Positions 26,401 to 39,720 are shown, numbered from the whole stretch's first letter. The stretch: DNA of 60,586 nt, filler included, from Dugesia japonica (GCA_001938525.1; 6 parts of 6 records of this genome joined end to end with filler, not necessarily neighbours in it); one strand, 5' to 3'. Numbers and translations: made by a program. Notes: generated by a model from the sequence alone, not told the origin.

Positions 26401-28505
26401 CTGAAGTCGGAAAAGGCCGAATCGGTTTTATCGGTTGTGAAGATTTTACAAATGAACAGCTCTATCCGAAAATAAATAATTTCTTACGTAAAGTTTATAA
26501 TAGAACTGAAATTAAACCGATTTCATTGACAAAAAATATTTTACAATCAGTAATTGAAGAAAGTAAACTTGGTAAAGATATTTCTATTCAACTTATTTGG
26601 AATTCCCATAATAAAATCGGAGTTGAATTCGTGAAATTGTTGTTGGAATTAATTAAAGATGGGCTGAAAATAGTGATTGGAATTAAACCTTGGGCATATA
26701 ATTATTACAGAGAAAATCTTGAAAATAGTGAATTGAAATTGTTATTTAAAAGCGCTGGTATTTGGCCATCATTAGATAATTCAAATGAAAATATGCAAAT
26801 TTCTAATGAGAAAATAATTAAAACATTCCCATTAATTCATTTATTAGAATTTGCTCAAACAAGTTTTGCTAATTTAAAAGAAGTGGCAGAAAGTATTGGA
26901 AATATTTTATTTGAAATACCTTTTGAATTTATTGGAAATGAAAATGAATTTACGGAAATTAATAGTAGAATTCAAGAATTATCTCAGATTTATATTCATC
27001 AAATTAGACCTCTTATTCCATGCTTGAAAAAACCTCTAACTGATAAAATGAACAAAGATTTAATTTATTTTTTCAATGGTATTTTAATTTATCCATTTAT
27101 TAAGAAAACTATTGCTCCGGGTATTTCATTTTACCCCGGTAAAGTTCAATCAAACTATGATAAAACAATATCAATTGAAATGAGATTAAATCTTCAATTT
27201 AACGATGAAGTCTATCAGTTAGGACAATATATTTCTCCCGGTAGTAATGCAACAGTTAACCTCATCAATTCTAAATCTCCGTTTTGTACATTACACATAA
27301 ATTTCCATTTATTTAATGTAGTAAATAAAAATGAATGGGAAAAGTGGCCATTAACAAAAACGAAAATTATAATTTATAAAAACATTTTAAAAGTATTTTC
27401 CTTTCCATTTGGTGGTCTTTTGTCATTATCATGCAAAGAAGAAAACGACAATATTGATATTATATTTACTGGTGTTTATCAAGTCCCAGTATTCGATAGA
27501 CGAGATCCTACTCATAATGTTAACTGGAACAGAGTTCAACAAACAAACGTTCCATGGGCGATTTTAGCAGGTGATTCGGTAGTATTTGTTGTTTCTATCA
27601 ATACAATTCGTAATTTTGCCCAGCCAGACAAAGTACTTAAATTGTATGATTCGATGATTAAAGAAGAAATGCATCTAAGAGGAAAATCGATTTCGGAAAA
27701 TCGTAGAGAATTGATTTCTACAGATTTACAAATTAAAGCTGGATATATGCATGCTGGATATCCGATTGGTACTATGATTCAATATATTACCAATCCTCAT
27801 CTTTCAGCAAAATATTTATTTGATGAAGAAAATATAAAAATTGAAGGNAGATGGGGTATACTTCATGAAATCGGGCATAATTTGCAAGACTCATATTTCA
27901 CATTTTCTGGAACTGTAGATGTTACTAATAATGTATTTACTTTAGTTGGAATTGAATCCATGACTAAAAAGAATTCATGGTCTTCCACAGAAGGTTGGGC
28001 TTCAGATAGATCTGTTGTTGATAGGTTTATTGAATATATAAACTATGGAGACTTTAAACAATGGCAAAATGAGCCATTTTTAGGTTTGGGAGTTTATGCA
28101 CAATTGCGTGCTAATTTCGGATGGGAACTTTATTCACAAGTATTTCGAAAATATGATAAAATTAGAAAGGGTTTAGGTAAAATGTCAGATGTAGAAAAGA
28201 TCCAATTATGGATAAAAGAAACTTCATTTCACACTGGTATGAATTTATGTCCACTTTACGACTTATGGAGATGGCCAATTGATGAAAAAACTAATCAGAA
28301 TTTGAGCAAATATTCTTATTTTTTACCAGATGATTTTCTTACTAAATTATTACCAATTCGTACCGATGAAATCATATTTAAATATGGAGATTTGTCAAGT
28401 GTCAAACGAAAACCGATCGAAATTCAGCAAACAATTGGTCCTTTGGAAAATCCATTAGTTATAGAAGGTAGAAAAGTCATTGAAAAAATGACAATTTTGC
28501 AATAA
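20479..28505 (+). CDS. TCAF/FAM115-like M60 (enhancin-like) metallopeptidase; exons ~20479-20601, 20658-20937, 26262-28505
   Basis: The last exon has PFGGLL, VPWAIL, DLQIKAGYMHAGYPI, WGILHEIGHNLQ, VTNN, YAQLRANFGWELY and NLCPLYDLWRWP. The two upstream stop-free exons join with matching phases (1, then 0) through GT-AG introns 20602-20657 and 20938-26261. The upstream exons are less certain than the last one. Confidence 0.85.
21153..21204. repeat. Perfect ~52 bp palindrome centred on CGATCG
   Basis: TTCATTAAAATAAGATAAGG(n)TTCGA|TCGAAGCCTTATCTTATTTTAATGAA. Confidence 0.85.
21228..21372. repeat. Imperfect ~145 bp AT-rich fold-back
   Basis: TTTTAAAATTAAATCTCAAAAATCTTTTTTAATTAAATTGAATTGAAAAT is mirrored by ATTTTCAATTTAATTTAATTAAAAAAAGATTTTTTGAAATTTAATTTTAAAA. 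Confidence 0.7.
21376..25600. mobile_element. MITE whose right TIR is split by the Gypsy insertion
   Basis: Left arm 21376-21460; its reverse complement is found in two pieces, 21792-21819 and 25540-25600, either side of the LTR element. Confidence 0.7.
21822..25539 (+). mobile_element. Ty3/Gypsy LTR retrotransposon, two LTRs, degenerate gag-pol
   Basis: 129-bp LTRs at 21822-21950 and 25411-25539 (termini ..TTAC / TAACT); PBS TGGCGACCACG at 21950; PPT AAAGAAGGAAAA before the 3' LTR. RT motifs SPWNS, RMCVDYRQLN, APATFQ, VYLND; RNase H DTDAS and TDHKAL; integrase HNDLCHLG, VIVDRFSK, TDRG. Many stops and frameshifts. Confidence 0.95.
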
Positions 28506-28573
28506 GTATTGAGTTTATTATAAAACAATGATTTTTAATTTTTATTTCATTAAAACAAACTATTGAAAATTAG

Positions 28574-30221
28574 TTTTGTTACACATGAGTTCTGCTTTAT
28601 AACAAAAAGTTTAACAATATTATTTTTTATTTTATAAATTTAAAGATNNCGATTTTTACGAAAATAATTTGCTATTACCTATGATATTTCAAGGATAATA
28701 GTCAAAATGTTCGTACACATTCTTTGTATCCCACCGCAGTTTATTTAAAAGTTTGACCTTTTATAAATAGATAAATCGTGTGTATTCTAATCAATGTAGA
28801 TATTATTAAATAAAAAAAGTAACAATAATTTTAATCTGTCAATTACACAGTAATATAAATTGGTAACATAACTCCATTGATAACATCTAGTGCAACCAAC
28901 AGTCAATGAATAAAATTATCTTTTACAAAAGAAAGTTTAATTCTCGAACCTAGCTTATTTTTCTTGGCCCCTTTTTCTGTTGACATCCGTGGACAAAGTA
29001 ATGCCAAGGCCATCTATAACCAATATATCAAGGCATCTTATTATTAAATTGTTCCTGACAATGCACTATTTCCTGCTGTTGAAGGTATTGAATAACTGCT
29101 TCCTCTTTACTACACAATACAGCAATCCTTAAATCCCTAATTCTTTAAATATTTGCCACATGTTTAACTAACACCCTGTAAGAAATTCATTAAGATAAAT
29201 ACACTAAGTCTGTTGATCTACATACAGATATGCATCAATTACTTTAAATTATAACAATGTATTCTAACATATTTAAGTATCGTACTAATTTCATATTAGC
29301 CAAAACAAATGTGAAATAATATTATATACCCATACATCAGTTGACTACTTCATGTCGATGAAACCACAAACNNNNNNNNNNNNNNNNNNNNNNNNNNNNN
29401 NNNNNNNNNNNNNNNNNNNNNTTTTGTTACACATGAGTTCTGCTTTATAACAAAAAGTTTAACAATATTATTTTTTATTTTATAAATTTAAAGATGCCGA
29501 TTTTTACGAAAATAATTTGCTATTACCTATGATATTTCAAGGATAATAGTCAAAATGTTCGTACACATTCTTTATATCCCACCGCAGTTTATTTAAAAGT
29601 TTGACCTTTTATAAATTGATAAATCGTGTGTATTCTAATCAATCAATAAGACATTATTAAATAAAAAAGTAACAATAATTTTAATCCGTCAATTACACAG
29701 TAATATAAATTGGTAACATAACTCCAATGATAACATCTAGTGCAATCAACAGTCAATGAATAAAATTATTTTTTACAAAAGAAAGTCTAATTCTCGAACC
29801 TAGCTTATTTTTCTTGGCCCCTTCTTCTGTTGACATCCGTGGACAAAGTAATGCCAAGGCCATCTATAACCAATATATCAAGGCATCTTATTATTAAATT
29901 GTTCCTGACAATGCACTATTTCCTGCTGTTGAAGGTATTGAATAACTGCTTCCTCTTTACTACACAATACAGCAATCCTTAAATCCCTAATTCTTTAAAT
30001 ATTTGCCACATGTTTAACTAACACCCTGTAAGAAATTCATTAAGATAAATACACTAAGTCTGTTGATCTACATACAGATATGCATCAATTACTTTAAATT
30101 ATAACAATGTATTCTAACATATTTAAGTATCGTACTAATTTCATATTAGCCAAAACAAATGTGAAATAATATTATATACCCATACATCAGTTGACTACTT
30201 CATGTCGATGAAACCACAAAC
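28574..30221 (+). repeat. ~800 bp near-identical tandem duplication across an N gap
   Basis: TTTTGTTACACATGAG...GAAACCACAAAC at 28574-29371 and 29422-30221; both copies end at a gap. Confidence 0.9.
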
Positions 30222-30321
30222 NNNNNNNNNNNNNNNNNNNNNNNNNNNNNNNNNNNNNNNNNNNNTTAATTAATTAANNNNNNNNNNNNNNNNNNNNNNN
30301 NNNNNNNNNNNNNNNNNNNNN
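30222..30321. other. Artificial contig-joining spacer
   Basis: N44-TTAATTAATTAA-N44. Confidence 0.97.
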
Positions 30322-31069
30322 TAATATAATTAAAATTATTAAGACATGAAATCGAATACAAGAACATTTATCACTTATCAAATGAAATTTTCGTATCCGC
30401 CCATTTTACTTGCTGTAAATGATACTATATATATTTAATTAGATTTTACTCAAGCGAAATTTATCCATAAAATTTAGTGTCAATGTGCTTTTCTATTATA
30501 CATACAATCGTAGATGATAAAAGAACAAAAACTAATTAGATACTAATATGCTTCATATATNNNNNNNNNNNNNNNNNNNNNNNNNNNNNATACGAGCTAT
30601 GTTTTTGTTAACAACTAATTAAATTTGTTATTTTCAAAAAATATAAATCAATGATGAAAAATTTATTAAATAAAAATGTATTCAAACCAGTATACATTCA
30701 CATTTTCTCATAATTTAATTTTTTTTCTTTACAAAAAGATACTCAAAGTCAAATTACAGAATAGAAAAGATCGATTCCTCGTAATTATTGCTTNAATAAA
30801 TTTTCTTTCCAAATAATAGTAATACACGATGTAAAAGGTTAAATTTCAAAATCAATGTAATTGGAGTAAAACATTTAAAATAAAAGTCATTTAATATCTT
30901 TTTTCGGCTTTTAGGAATAAACCAATCGAATCACATATTTAAAACTTTAAAAATTCTTATTAATTTATTATANNNNNNNNNNNNNNNNNNNNNNNNNNNN
31001 NNNNNNNNNNNNNNNNNNNNNNNNNNNNNNNNNNNNNNTCGACCATATTTAAGTATTCATAGAAAATAT

Positions 31070-31511
31070 TTGCAAATCAAAATGACAAGAAGATATATAG
31101 AAAATACTGATGTGAAATTGAGTCACGATATCATATACTTTGCCCTTACCCAACAAACTCGTATTGTCATAAACACACTTATTGCCATTGATAATCTGCT
31201 TTACACAGCTTTGCAAGATTTATATCCAAATCTCAATATTATCAAAGATTGTAAATGTGTCTTTGTTAATAATGCGTGTAAATCTGCGAATTCAAATCAC
31301 AAAGAGCAAACAACTATGGCTCATCGACATGATAATTCCGTATTACAATCATAACAACATTGATGAACCACACATAGCCAACATCACGAAGTATCAAAGT
31401 CTCAAAGACGAAATTCGTGATTGGTACATCTTTTTCAACGCGTTGTTTGGGATACTAAGGAGCCAAAATAACCATTTTCTCTCAAAAAAAGCAGAAACAA
31501 AGCAACCATGA
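31070..31511 (+). mobile_element. Degenerate 3' fragment of an RLE-type (R2/R4/NeSL-like) non-LTR retrotransposon
   Basis: SKQLWLIDMIIPYYNHNNIDEPHIANITKYQSLKDEIRDW fits the restriction-like endonuclease pattern IDVxxP...KxxKYxxL. Confidence 0.6.
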
Positions 31512-32039
31512 AATGAAGCAATATTACCCGGAAGGCTCACAACATAAAGAGTCTCATAGAGGGTGCTCTTAGCAATACAAAATGAATGATGGTAAACAAA
31601 TGCTTTATGGAAAAAACTAATTAGTATTTAATCTCATAAAAGACCTATTGATGATGAGAAAAGATCAATAGATTGGAATCTAATGAGATCTGAAATACCC
31701 GTTGAAAATCCAACAGTCTACTTAAGTCCAACAAAGCTCTCAATAAACAATACTGCTTCCACACATGATAGTAGTCTGAATATGTAAGATCAATGAAGCA
31801 TTTGTGCGACTTTTGATAGTACTATGAACCCTGTAGTCGAAAGGGGTAGTACATTAGAACTTGTACTTATCTGAGATTGAAATACGTGTTTCTAACCCCT
31901 AGCAGTATCACCATTAGATGAGATTTTGAAGTGGTTCATAAGAAAAATAATTGTAAAACAATTACAAAAAATTATTATTGTTATATTAAAATCTTGACAC
32001 GATCAAATAATAGTTGTTAGATGTAATATTTAAACATAT

Positions 32040-32845
32040 ATGTTAAAATATTGTTTCATTTATTTTTATTTTAAATATACTTATTAAATGGCATGTTAAG
32101 TTGTGATATTTCAAATCAAAATGGCGAACATGATCACAACAAAATAGAATTTTGGGTATATAGATTCAGCAAACCAAAATTNNNNNNNNNNNNNNNNNNN
32201 NNNNNNNNNNNNNNNNNNNNNNNNNNNNNNNNNNNNNAGAAATTTGAAATTATCCACAAATTTTCGTCTTCATACCAGACGGTTTTGCAGAAAAAACAAT
32301 CAGGACTCTGATAAGATTATCACTGCAATAAAAAAGTGGGAGTGTAAAAGTTGATTGTGATAAGCTATTACATTGAATTCAATTTTCAATTAATGAAACC
32401 CAACAAAAGGCTACGGGGATATCACCGTTTGATATAATTTATGGAAGAAAAGTTATGATTCATAGACCAATACTAAATGACAATACAAATCGAGATGAAG
32501 ATAATTAGTTGATAAAAGTTTTAAAAATGCAGCACTAAAATCAAATGAATATGAATAAGAGAAAGGAGGATATCGGAATTTTAATGAAAGGGAAGAAATT
32601 CTAATAAAGGTGGAACCTCAAAATATGAAGAAATATAGATAAATTTATGAAGGTCCGTTTAAAATATTAAAATTTTTAAGTTTTTAAATTATTCTGGAAT
32701 TCCTAAACCATGAAGGATTGGGTGGATAAAAAAACAGATGTTCAAAAAAATTACATTTGTTTAAATATTGCTTGATTTATTTTATTTTAAAAATACTTAT
32801 TAATTATGTTATGTTATGAAATTTAAAATCTAACTATAACAATAG
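32040..32845 (+). mobile_element. Heavily deleted Gypsy remnant
   Basis: Diverged direct repeats at ~32041-32120 and ~32758-32835, PBS-like TGGCGAAC at 32122, integrase-tail traces (HKFSSSY; SPFDIIYGRK; YEGPFKILKFLS) similar to 25000-25400. Confidence 0.6.
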
Positions 32846-34759
32846 TGGAAACTCCATATTAACAAGTAACTTTTTAAATATCGAATTAAATAGATCAATT
32901 AAAATGAAAAGAAAGAAATTAAATACTAAATATAAGACTAAATATACTTGGCTATTTAATTTTTAATGCTACATCAAATAAAAAAAACTTTCATACATTT
33001 ACAATTTTATAGTCCAGAGTAAATCAGTTATATTTATTTTAGAAAAATTGTACGTTAAACTCGACATTTTAAATGCACAAAAGCATTTATTTCATTCAAT
33101 GATGTCAATAAAAGTTTTCAAAAATAAATAAACGAGAANGAACGTAATAGGAAATGTGTGATTTAAAAATGACAGTTATGATTAAACCAATTTCTTATTA
33201 GGAGATAGTAGTAGAAGTTTATGTTATCAATGAATAAATAAATTAGAAACATTTATAACTGAAATTTTTAATTCAGAAAGAAACTCAATAAATATATAAT
33301 TATACAATAAACATTCTATAAATTATGATAGTATTATCACGCAAAAAGTTAATCAAACAAACGTTTGCATAAAATTATTTAATTATGATGTTTATACGCA
33401 ATTATTTTTATTAAAGAATATTATAGTCATAAATATTTTCACTAAAAATTACTATAATTTAATCGAGCATAAATATTTATAAAAGCAAAATTAGGTGAAA
33501 ATAATTATTTAAATTAACGGTAAATTTAGATTACATCAATAATATAATTTAATTAAATCAATTAGATTATACCAATAATCACTATAAACAGATTCTTCTC
33601 TTACANNNNNNNNNNNNNNNNNNNNNNNNNNNNNNNNNNNNNNNNNNNNNNNNNNNNNNNNNNNNTTTTATTACGAGTATGTGTTCTAATAACCATGTCG
33701 TTCTAAGAATTATACACACATAGATAATCTATTACTACCTTTGAATTTTTTTAAAGTATTGATCTTAAAACATTAAAATTGTTTCTCACATTAGTAGTTG
33801 AATACTTGCGCAATAAAGTTATAGTGACTTAAAAATCTATACAGCAAGTTATGTAATCGTTATCTGCGGATTATAGTATACATATGATTACGTTGTTATT
33901 CACGAGTACACCATAGTTACGTATTAGTGACATAATCATTTGAAGATTAAATAACAATACAAATTAGATCATAGCTATATTGTTTAAATTAACCGAATTT
34001 TTAAAACATTTTTCAAACATGAAAATATTTAGCGATCATTTTTGGTATAATTTCTATTGTTTCGAAAAAACTTTTTCTTCTCAAATTTATCATCAACTCA
34101 TCTATTCAATAGAGAATTTTATACTGATCAAGAATANAATAGTTAATAAATTGCCAAAACTTATCCTTGATGAAATAAAATGAAAAAACTAAATTTTAAA
34201 AACAAACAAGTAAGTACAAGATATGTGCACACAGAGCGCGTACACGAGTAAAGTGCTTACACAGTTTTGGGACAAGAGAGCCCTAGTGTATATATAAAGC
34301 CGCTCTAAAAATATCAATATATAAATTATCCCCAGCAATATTAATATTGAAATTAGTTACTCACCAACAAAACTGTGGTTAATATTAGTTGCTTCGTGGC
34401 AATAGTAATGTTAATATTACAATCTCCATGCAATATTATTGTTAGATGTTCCCTCTAGGTATGTTTAAACTTTAAAACAGTTTACAGTGATTGCTAACAC
34501 TGAATTTAAACCAATTTTACTAACAATTCTAATACATTTCATTAATAATTTAATTAGAATAATTTTGAATACAACAATGCTAAGTAAGCTTGTTGAATGT
34601 TTTGTGATTATTGTCTGTATTAGGTTTATTAAATGTACTTGACTTATTAAATAAGTATTATATTTATTTTTTTCCAAGTAAAAATTAATTTCCTAGAGTT
34701 CTTTAAAATCTTTCTTCTTATATCAATATTTAAATACTTACTTAGTTATTATTAAAACC

Positions 34760-35040
34760 TTCCCAGTGAATGTTTTATAGCTTCCATGATATCGATCTCC
34801 ACTTTGAAATGCAGCTAGAATAAAGTTTGGCAATCAATAATCCCCCAATGATTTACGTCTTATAAAGCGATTAACTATCTTTACTAATTGCATATGATAT
34901 AATTTCCTTGGTTCTCATTGGATAAATATCATTTTGTGTGTATATACTAATTTAATGTCCTGCTAGAACTGATGATTCAACTCGAACTTATCTAACCATT
35001 AATTTGGCATCCAATAATACATATTTTGGCTCATTATTTA
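34760..35040 (-). pseudogene. Polinton/adintovirus major capsid (double jelly-roll) remnant
   Basis: Minus strand reads NNEPKYVLLDAKLMVR*VRVESSVLAGH*...IYPMRTKEIISYAI, then LPNFILAAFQSGDRYHGSYKT. This matches the Polinton MCP pattern L.DAxLxVRKV.V..SV..GH...YP...LP..I......GSY. Confidence 0.7.
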
Positions 35041-36047
35041 CTAATTCTCAGTAGACTGGTATAAAACGTTTTGTGTTTTAAAACAAATATTATTTTTGAA
35101 AAATTTTAAAATTTCGCTGTATTTAAACAAAAAATGACTTTTCCGCTGAATTACAGTGAAAAAATGAAGTTTCCCCAGTGAATGTGTAATAAATGATATA
35201 TTGTGCATCGTCATTAGGCTTTCTCGCGTTAGAAATAAAAGAGCATCTTTGAAGTTAATAAATATTAATAGAAAAAGAATATAAAACATGAATAAATATA
35301 TTACAATAAACATGTATATTTTGAAAAAAAATTATTAAAATCCAAATATATAATTTAATAATAAAATTCTATATATTTCTTGCATTTTCGAATAAAATGT
35401 CTACAGAATTAAAAAATTCTCATGTTTAGATTCAATTTTCAAATAATTTTAATCTTACTCCGTAATTATTGTTTTGTCACTTATTTTTAATTTTTTGTAA
35501 TTTTAATTTTATTTCTAGTATTTTATACTGTTTCAATTGACATTTAAAACATAAATTAGTAGATTTATATATATTTAAAATAGGTTTGGAACTGAAATAC
35601 ATTTTCGCAAGTTAAATAAATTTAAATTATGTTAATTACACATTTTTTAATGGTTTATATTAAATTTTTATTAAATTCATTAGTTTGATGTTTGAATGTT
35701 CAGTAATTTTTGTTTGATGTTTAAAAAAAATTTCAATTTATTTAAACGACAATTTGGCGAAATAAAATTTATCAAATTCAAAATTGAAATTAATGAATTT
35801 CAATCAATTGTAATAATAACCAAAAATAATATTAAAATAACTGTTTTATGTTGTTATAAATTCAACTCATTTCAAAGAAATATTTAATAACAATGGCCAT
35901 TTTACAAAAAAAATTAGATATTTGATTAAATAAAGCTCTCTAAAATATTTATTTTTTTAAAATATTACTGATAGGAAAATATTTGGATTTTTATTTGAAT
36001 TGAATATTAATTTATTTATCATTTAATTATTATTTTATTTAATAAAA

Positions 36048-36058
36048 TTAATAATAAA

Positions 36059-36092
<34 letters not shown>

Positions 36093-36095
36093 TTA
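36048..36095 (+). repeat. (TAA)n microsatellite
   Basis: Direct reading. Confidence 0.9.
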
Positions 36096-38006
36096 ATTTG
36101 TAAATTAGTTAAAATTTTTGTAATTAATTGTATTATTTTAAATTTTATAATAAAAATTAATATTATTTTAAATTTTATAATAAAAATTAATATTATTTTA
36201 AAATTTTGGAATTTTTGTAAATTTGTAAACGTTTGATTTGAACAATGTTGTAAGTTTCCATGAATTAAATTAAAATTTTTTTGTTAATTTTTAAATAAAA
36301 TAGTTTTATGAAAATTTTAATATGAGAATAAATATTTGGAATAAACATGAACAGAAGGAAAATTACAAAACAAATTTTGAAGTAGAAAAGTAGATTAAGT
36401 ACGGAACTATTGAAAAAAATCAAATTATGTTATGTTAAAGTTGTGTTAAAAGAAATTCTCTTAATAAACTTAATAATAAATTGGTTTTTATTTATGCATC
36501 ATTTAAATGGTTTCACTAAAACAAAATGGATACTTATAATTCCACGTACCCCAAAAAAGTATCAAAATAATTGATCAAAATTTATTTTAAACTTTATTAT
36601 GATGAAACAGTTACTTTATCGTTTCATTATTAAAGCAGTATGGATCGGTAGTTTAACGGGCAGAAATAGTTTGCTATTATAATATTGATAACAAATTGTA
36701 ATCAAATGAAAAGGCTGATAAAATAAAAACTGCAATAATAAATTGAAAAATGTTTTCTAAATAACTGTAAACATATTATTGAATATAAACATATAAACAT
36801 ATCTAAATGAATACAATGCACAATAAATAATCTACAATTTTCACCCATTATTCTAGTTACATAAAATATTGTGCATATTAATTATTTATAAATAAAATTT
36901 ATTTATAAATTAAACCGCGAATAAGTTTGAAATTTAAGGAAGTTACATTTTTTAAATTAATATCCTATGGAAAAATATTTTTNAAATTGCCTTTTTATAG
37001 AAAATCATTCTAATTTATATACAAATTTTTAATAGAAACACACTTTCAATAGTATTCAATTAAATGGCAAATTTTAACACATCGATTTTAATCTTATGTT
37101 TGAAATAGCAAACGCATTATATTATAATCGATTTAATATTAAACACAACTGTTTTCCTATTTATAAAGTAATATATTTCTCAATGGAAACAAACCACAAA
37201 GGAATTATTTGGAAACTATTGAGAAATTCATAAAACTTTATTGTTTATCTTGTTGCAGATATATATATATATATATATAATGAATATATTTCAGTTAAAC
37301 ATGTTGAATATGATCAATAATTACATTTTGAAAGCGTCTTGTAATGATTTCAAGTTATTCTTTTAAATCAATATTTAAATTTAGTAAATTTTCAATAAGT
37401 ATTACCACCTTAATATAAAAATTCAATTCTCTCGTTTAACTGAAACGTTTCTATTTAACTGAAATAATATAAAGAAATATTTCATTATAAATGCTTTCTT
37501 TTAATTTATATTAAAATCTTACAGTAAAGTATAAATTTCTGCATTCGAACATTTTCCGGAAATCATTTATTATTTCTTATATTAGAAAATTTAATTAATA
37601 TACATATCAGTCACTAGGCAATTATTTTACTCCAGAGACTCATTAAATTCTACTAACCATCTANNNNNNNNNNNNNNNNNNNNNNNNNNNNNNNNNNNNN
37701 NNNNNNNNNNNNNNNNNNNNNNNNNNNNNNNNNNNNNNNNNNNNNNNNNNNNNNNNNNNNNNNNNNNNNNNNNNNNNNNNNNNNNNNNNNNNNNNNNNNN
37801 NNNNNNNNNNNNNNNNNNNNNNNNNNNNNNNNNTGTTTAAAACAAAAGTTGTTCAATTTTGACTAAGACATTCTTCTCTGTGTATGTTAATTTTAAGTAT
37901 TAATAATTATTAACGAAACCAATATTAATATTAAATATTTTTAATTTAATAAATGTTTTCATTTAATTTGAATAATATTAAAATTGTTTACAAAAGGCAT
38001 TGTACA

Positions 38007-38717
38007 TGTGAGATATGACTAAGAATAATATAATATTANNNNNNNNNNNNNNNNNNNNNNNNNNTATTATAGCAGCCCTTTGCCACAACCATTTCTTAAT
38101 TTTACAATTTTTCATTTTTCATAAAAATCGTGATTTTACATAAAAAATTCACGATTTTCGATTTTAATTTAAAATAAACTATGAAAATTTTCTATGCATG
38201 AATTTTTTNNNNNNNNNNNNNNNNNNNNNNNNNNNNNNNNNNNNNNNNNNNNNNNNNNNNNNNAAAAATACTCGATTTTTTATAGTCAATTTAAAATCTC
38301 AATTAAAAATCGAAAATTTTTTATCTCCGATTTTTTATACTCGATTTTTCATGTCCGATTTTAAATTACTCATAAAAATTCATGCATAGAAAATTTTCAT
38401 AGTTTATTTTAAATTAAAATCGAAAATCGTGAATTTTTTATGTTTTATGAAAATTTTTTTATGTAAAATCACGATTTTTATGAAAAATGAAAAATTGTAA
38501 AATTAAGAAATGGTTGTGGCAAAGGGCTGCTATAATACTATTACTGACATGTATGTGATAATAGGTGAATGCGTGATTGACTGCTTCAATGTGTGTATGA
38601 TTTTAGTTCTCAGACATTACATAAACGATTCCTCAAAAGCTATATATATTTGATACTGTGTAATTTTGTTCTTTAAATATAATTTTTATGCTTAACTCTA
38701 TTTAAGCAAGTCTAACA
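38007..38717 (+). mobile_element. Solo LTR (TG...CA) of the family at 51211-51445, interrupted by a palindromic element
   Basis: GAGATATGACTAAGAATAATATAATATT and ATGTATGTGATAATAGGT..GCTTAA..AAGTCTAACA match the reverse complement of 51211-51445. Confidence 0.8.
38065..38537. mobile_element. ~470 bp near-perfect fold-back (palindromic MITE)
   Basis: TATTATAGCAGCCCTTTGCCACAACCATTTCTTAATTTTACA... mirrored by ...TGTAAAATTAAGAAATGGTTGTGGCAAAGGGCTGCTATAATA; arms are at least 140 bp. Confidence 0.85.
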
Positions 38718-39487
38718 GCAAAAAATACATTTATAAGAATAAATAAATAGCGAATAAGAAAAGATTCCAAATATTTACTTAAACATGTAATTAAATTAGT
38801 TACACTAATTGATTAATTAAATAAACCAAAACCAATAACAAAATCATTATTATTTTAGATATTGCATCGATAATTTTACAGACGATTGTACATCGATTCT
38901 TATTAGTTTAGTCTTTCATGTACCGCTTTTCAGTGTTTCCAAAATTCTTCGGTTTAAAATAATCAAAGCTTATTTTAATATAGTAATACATAATATTAAA
39001 AATAAAAAATAATATAAATCTAACGCCATATTTACCACATTTAGCATTTGTTGCTGGGACATTGATTGGTTCAAAGTTGAATATAATTGACTTTATTGTA
39101 TTTTATGACAATTTTATATGATAAATGTTTTTGACAGCTTACATTTAATAGTCAAAAATTATATATATATAAATAAACAAGTAAAATAAAAATTGTGATA
39201 TCTAATTGAATATATAAATTTAATATAATTTCAATTCAGTCTAAAATATATTAAACACATAATCTAATAAATTAATCAATTTCATCGAAATTGGTCTACT
39301 TAAGTACCGTTGTTTTCCGCTGTATAGTGCGCTTCGGTAGATAACGTGAGGTGCATATTTTCGGCATAAATTTTAATTTTAATCATAGATAATGCACTCC
39401 GTTATATAGTGTGATCTCATTGCAGAAAAAGAAAAGATAATTTCATAACATTTCCAAAATTCTGAGACAGAATGTAGATATAAAAAA

Positions 39488-39587
39488 NNNNNNNNNNNNN
39501 NNNNNNNNNNNNNNNNNNNNNNNNNNNNNNNTTAATTAATTAANNNNNNNNNNNNNNNNNNNNNNNNNNNNNNNNNNNNNNNNNNNN
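39488..39587. other. Artificial contig-joining spacer
   Basis: N44-TTAATTAATTAA-N44. Confidence 0.97.
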
Positions 39588-39720
39588 TGTTCTTTAATTC
39601 TTGTACGGATGGTTCTGAATGATTCTCCTATATATGTATCCTTACATAAGGGGCATGTTATAATTTCCTTATATAGGTTTCACAATTCTCGAACATGCTA
39701 AAGAGGTGATGTATAATTTT
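39588..39720 (-). mobile_element. Penelope-like GIY-YIG endonuclease fragment
   Basis: Minus strand EIITCPLCKDTYIGESFRTIRTRIKE(H) fits the Penelope pattern I.C..C...YIGE..R....RI.EH. Confidence 0.8.

Noticed and set aside
28574-30221. Real tandem duplication or LTR pair
   Set aside because: Both copies abut N gaps and are nearly identical; uncollapsed haplotypes or scaffolding overlap are more likely. The same applies to 8154-8680.
34200-34290. Helitron-like 3' end (GC patch then CTAG)
   Set aside because: No convincing hairpin or matching 5' end.
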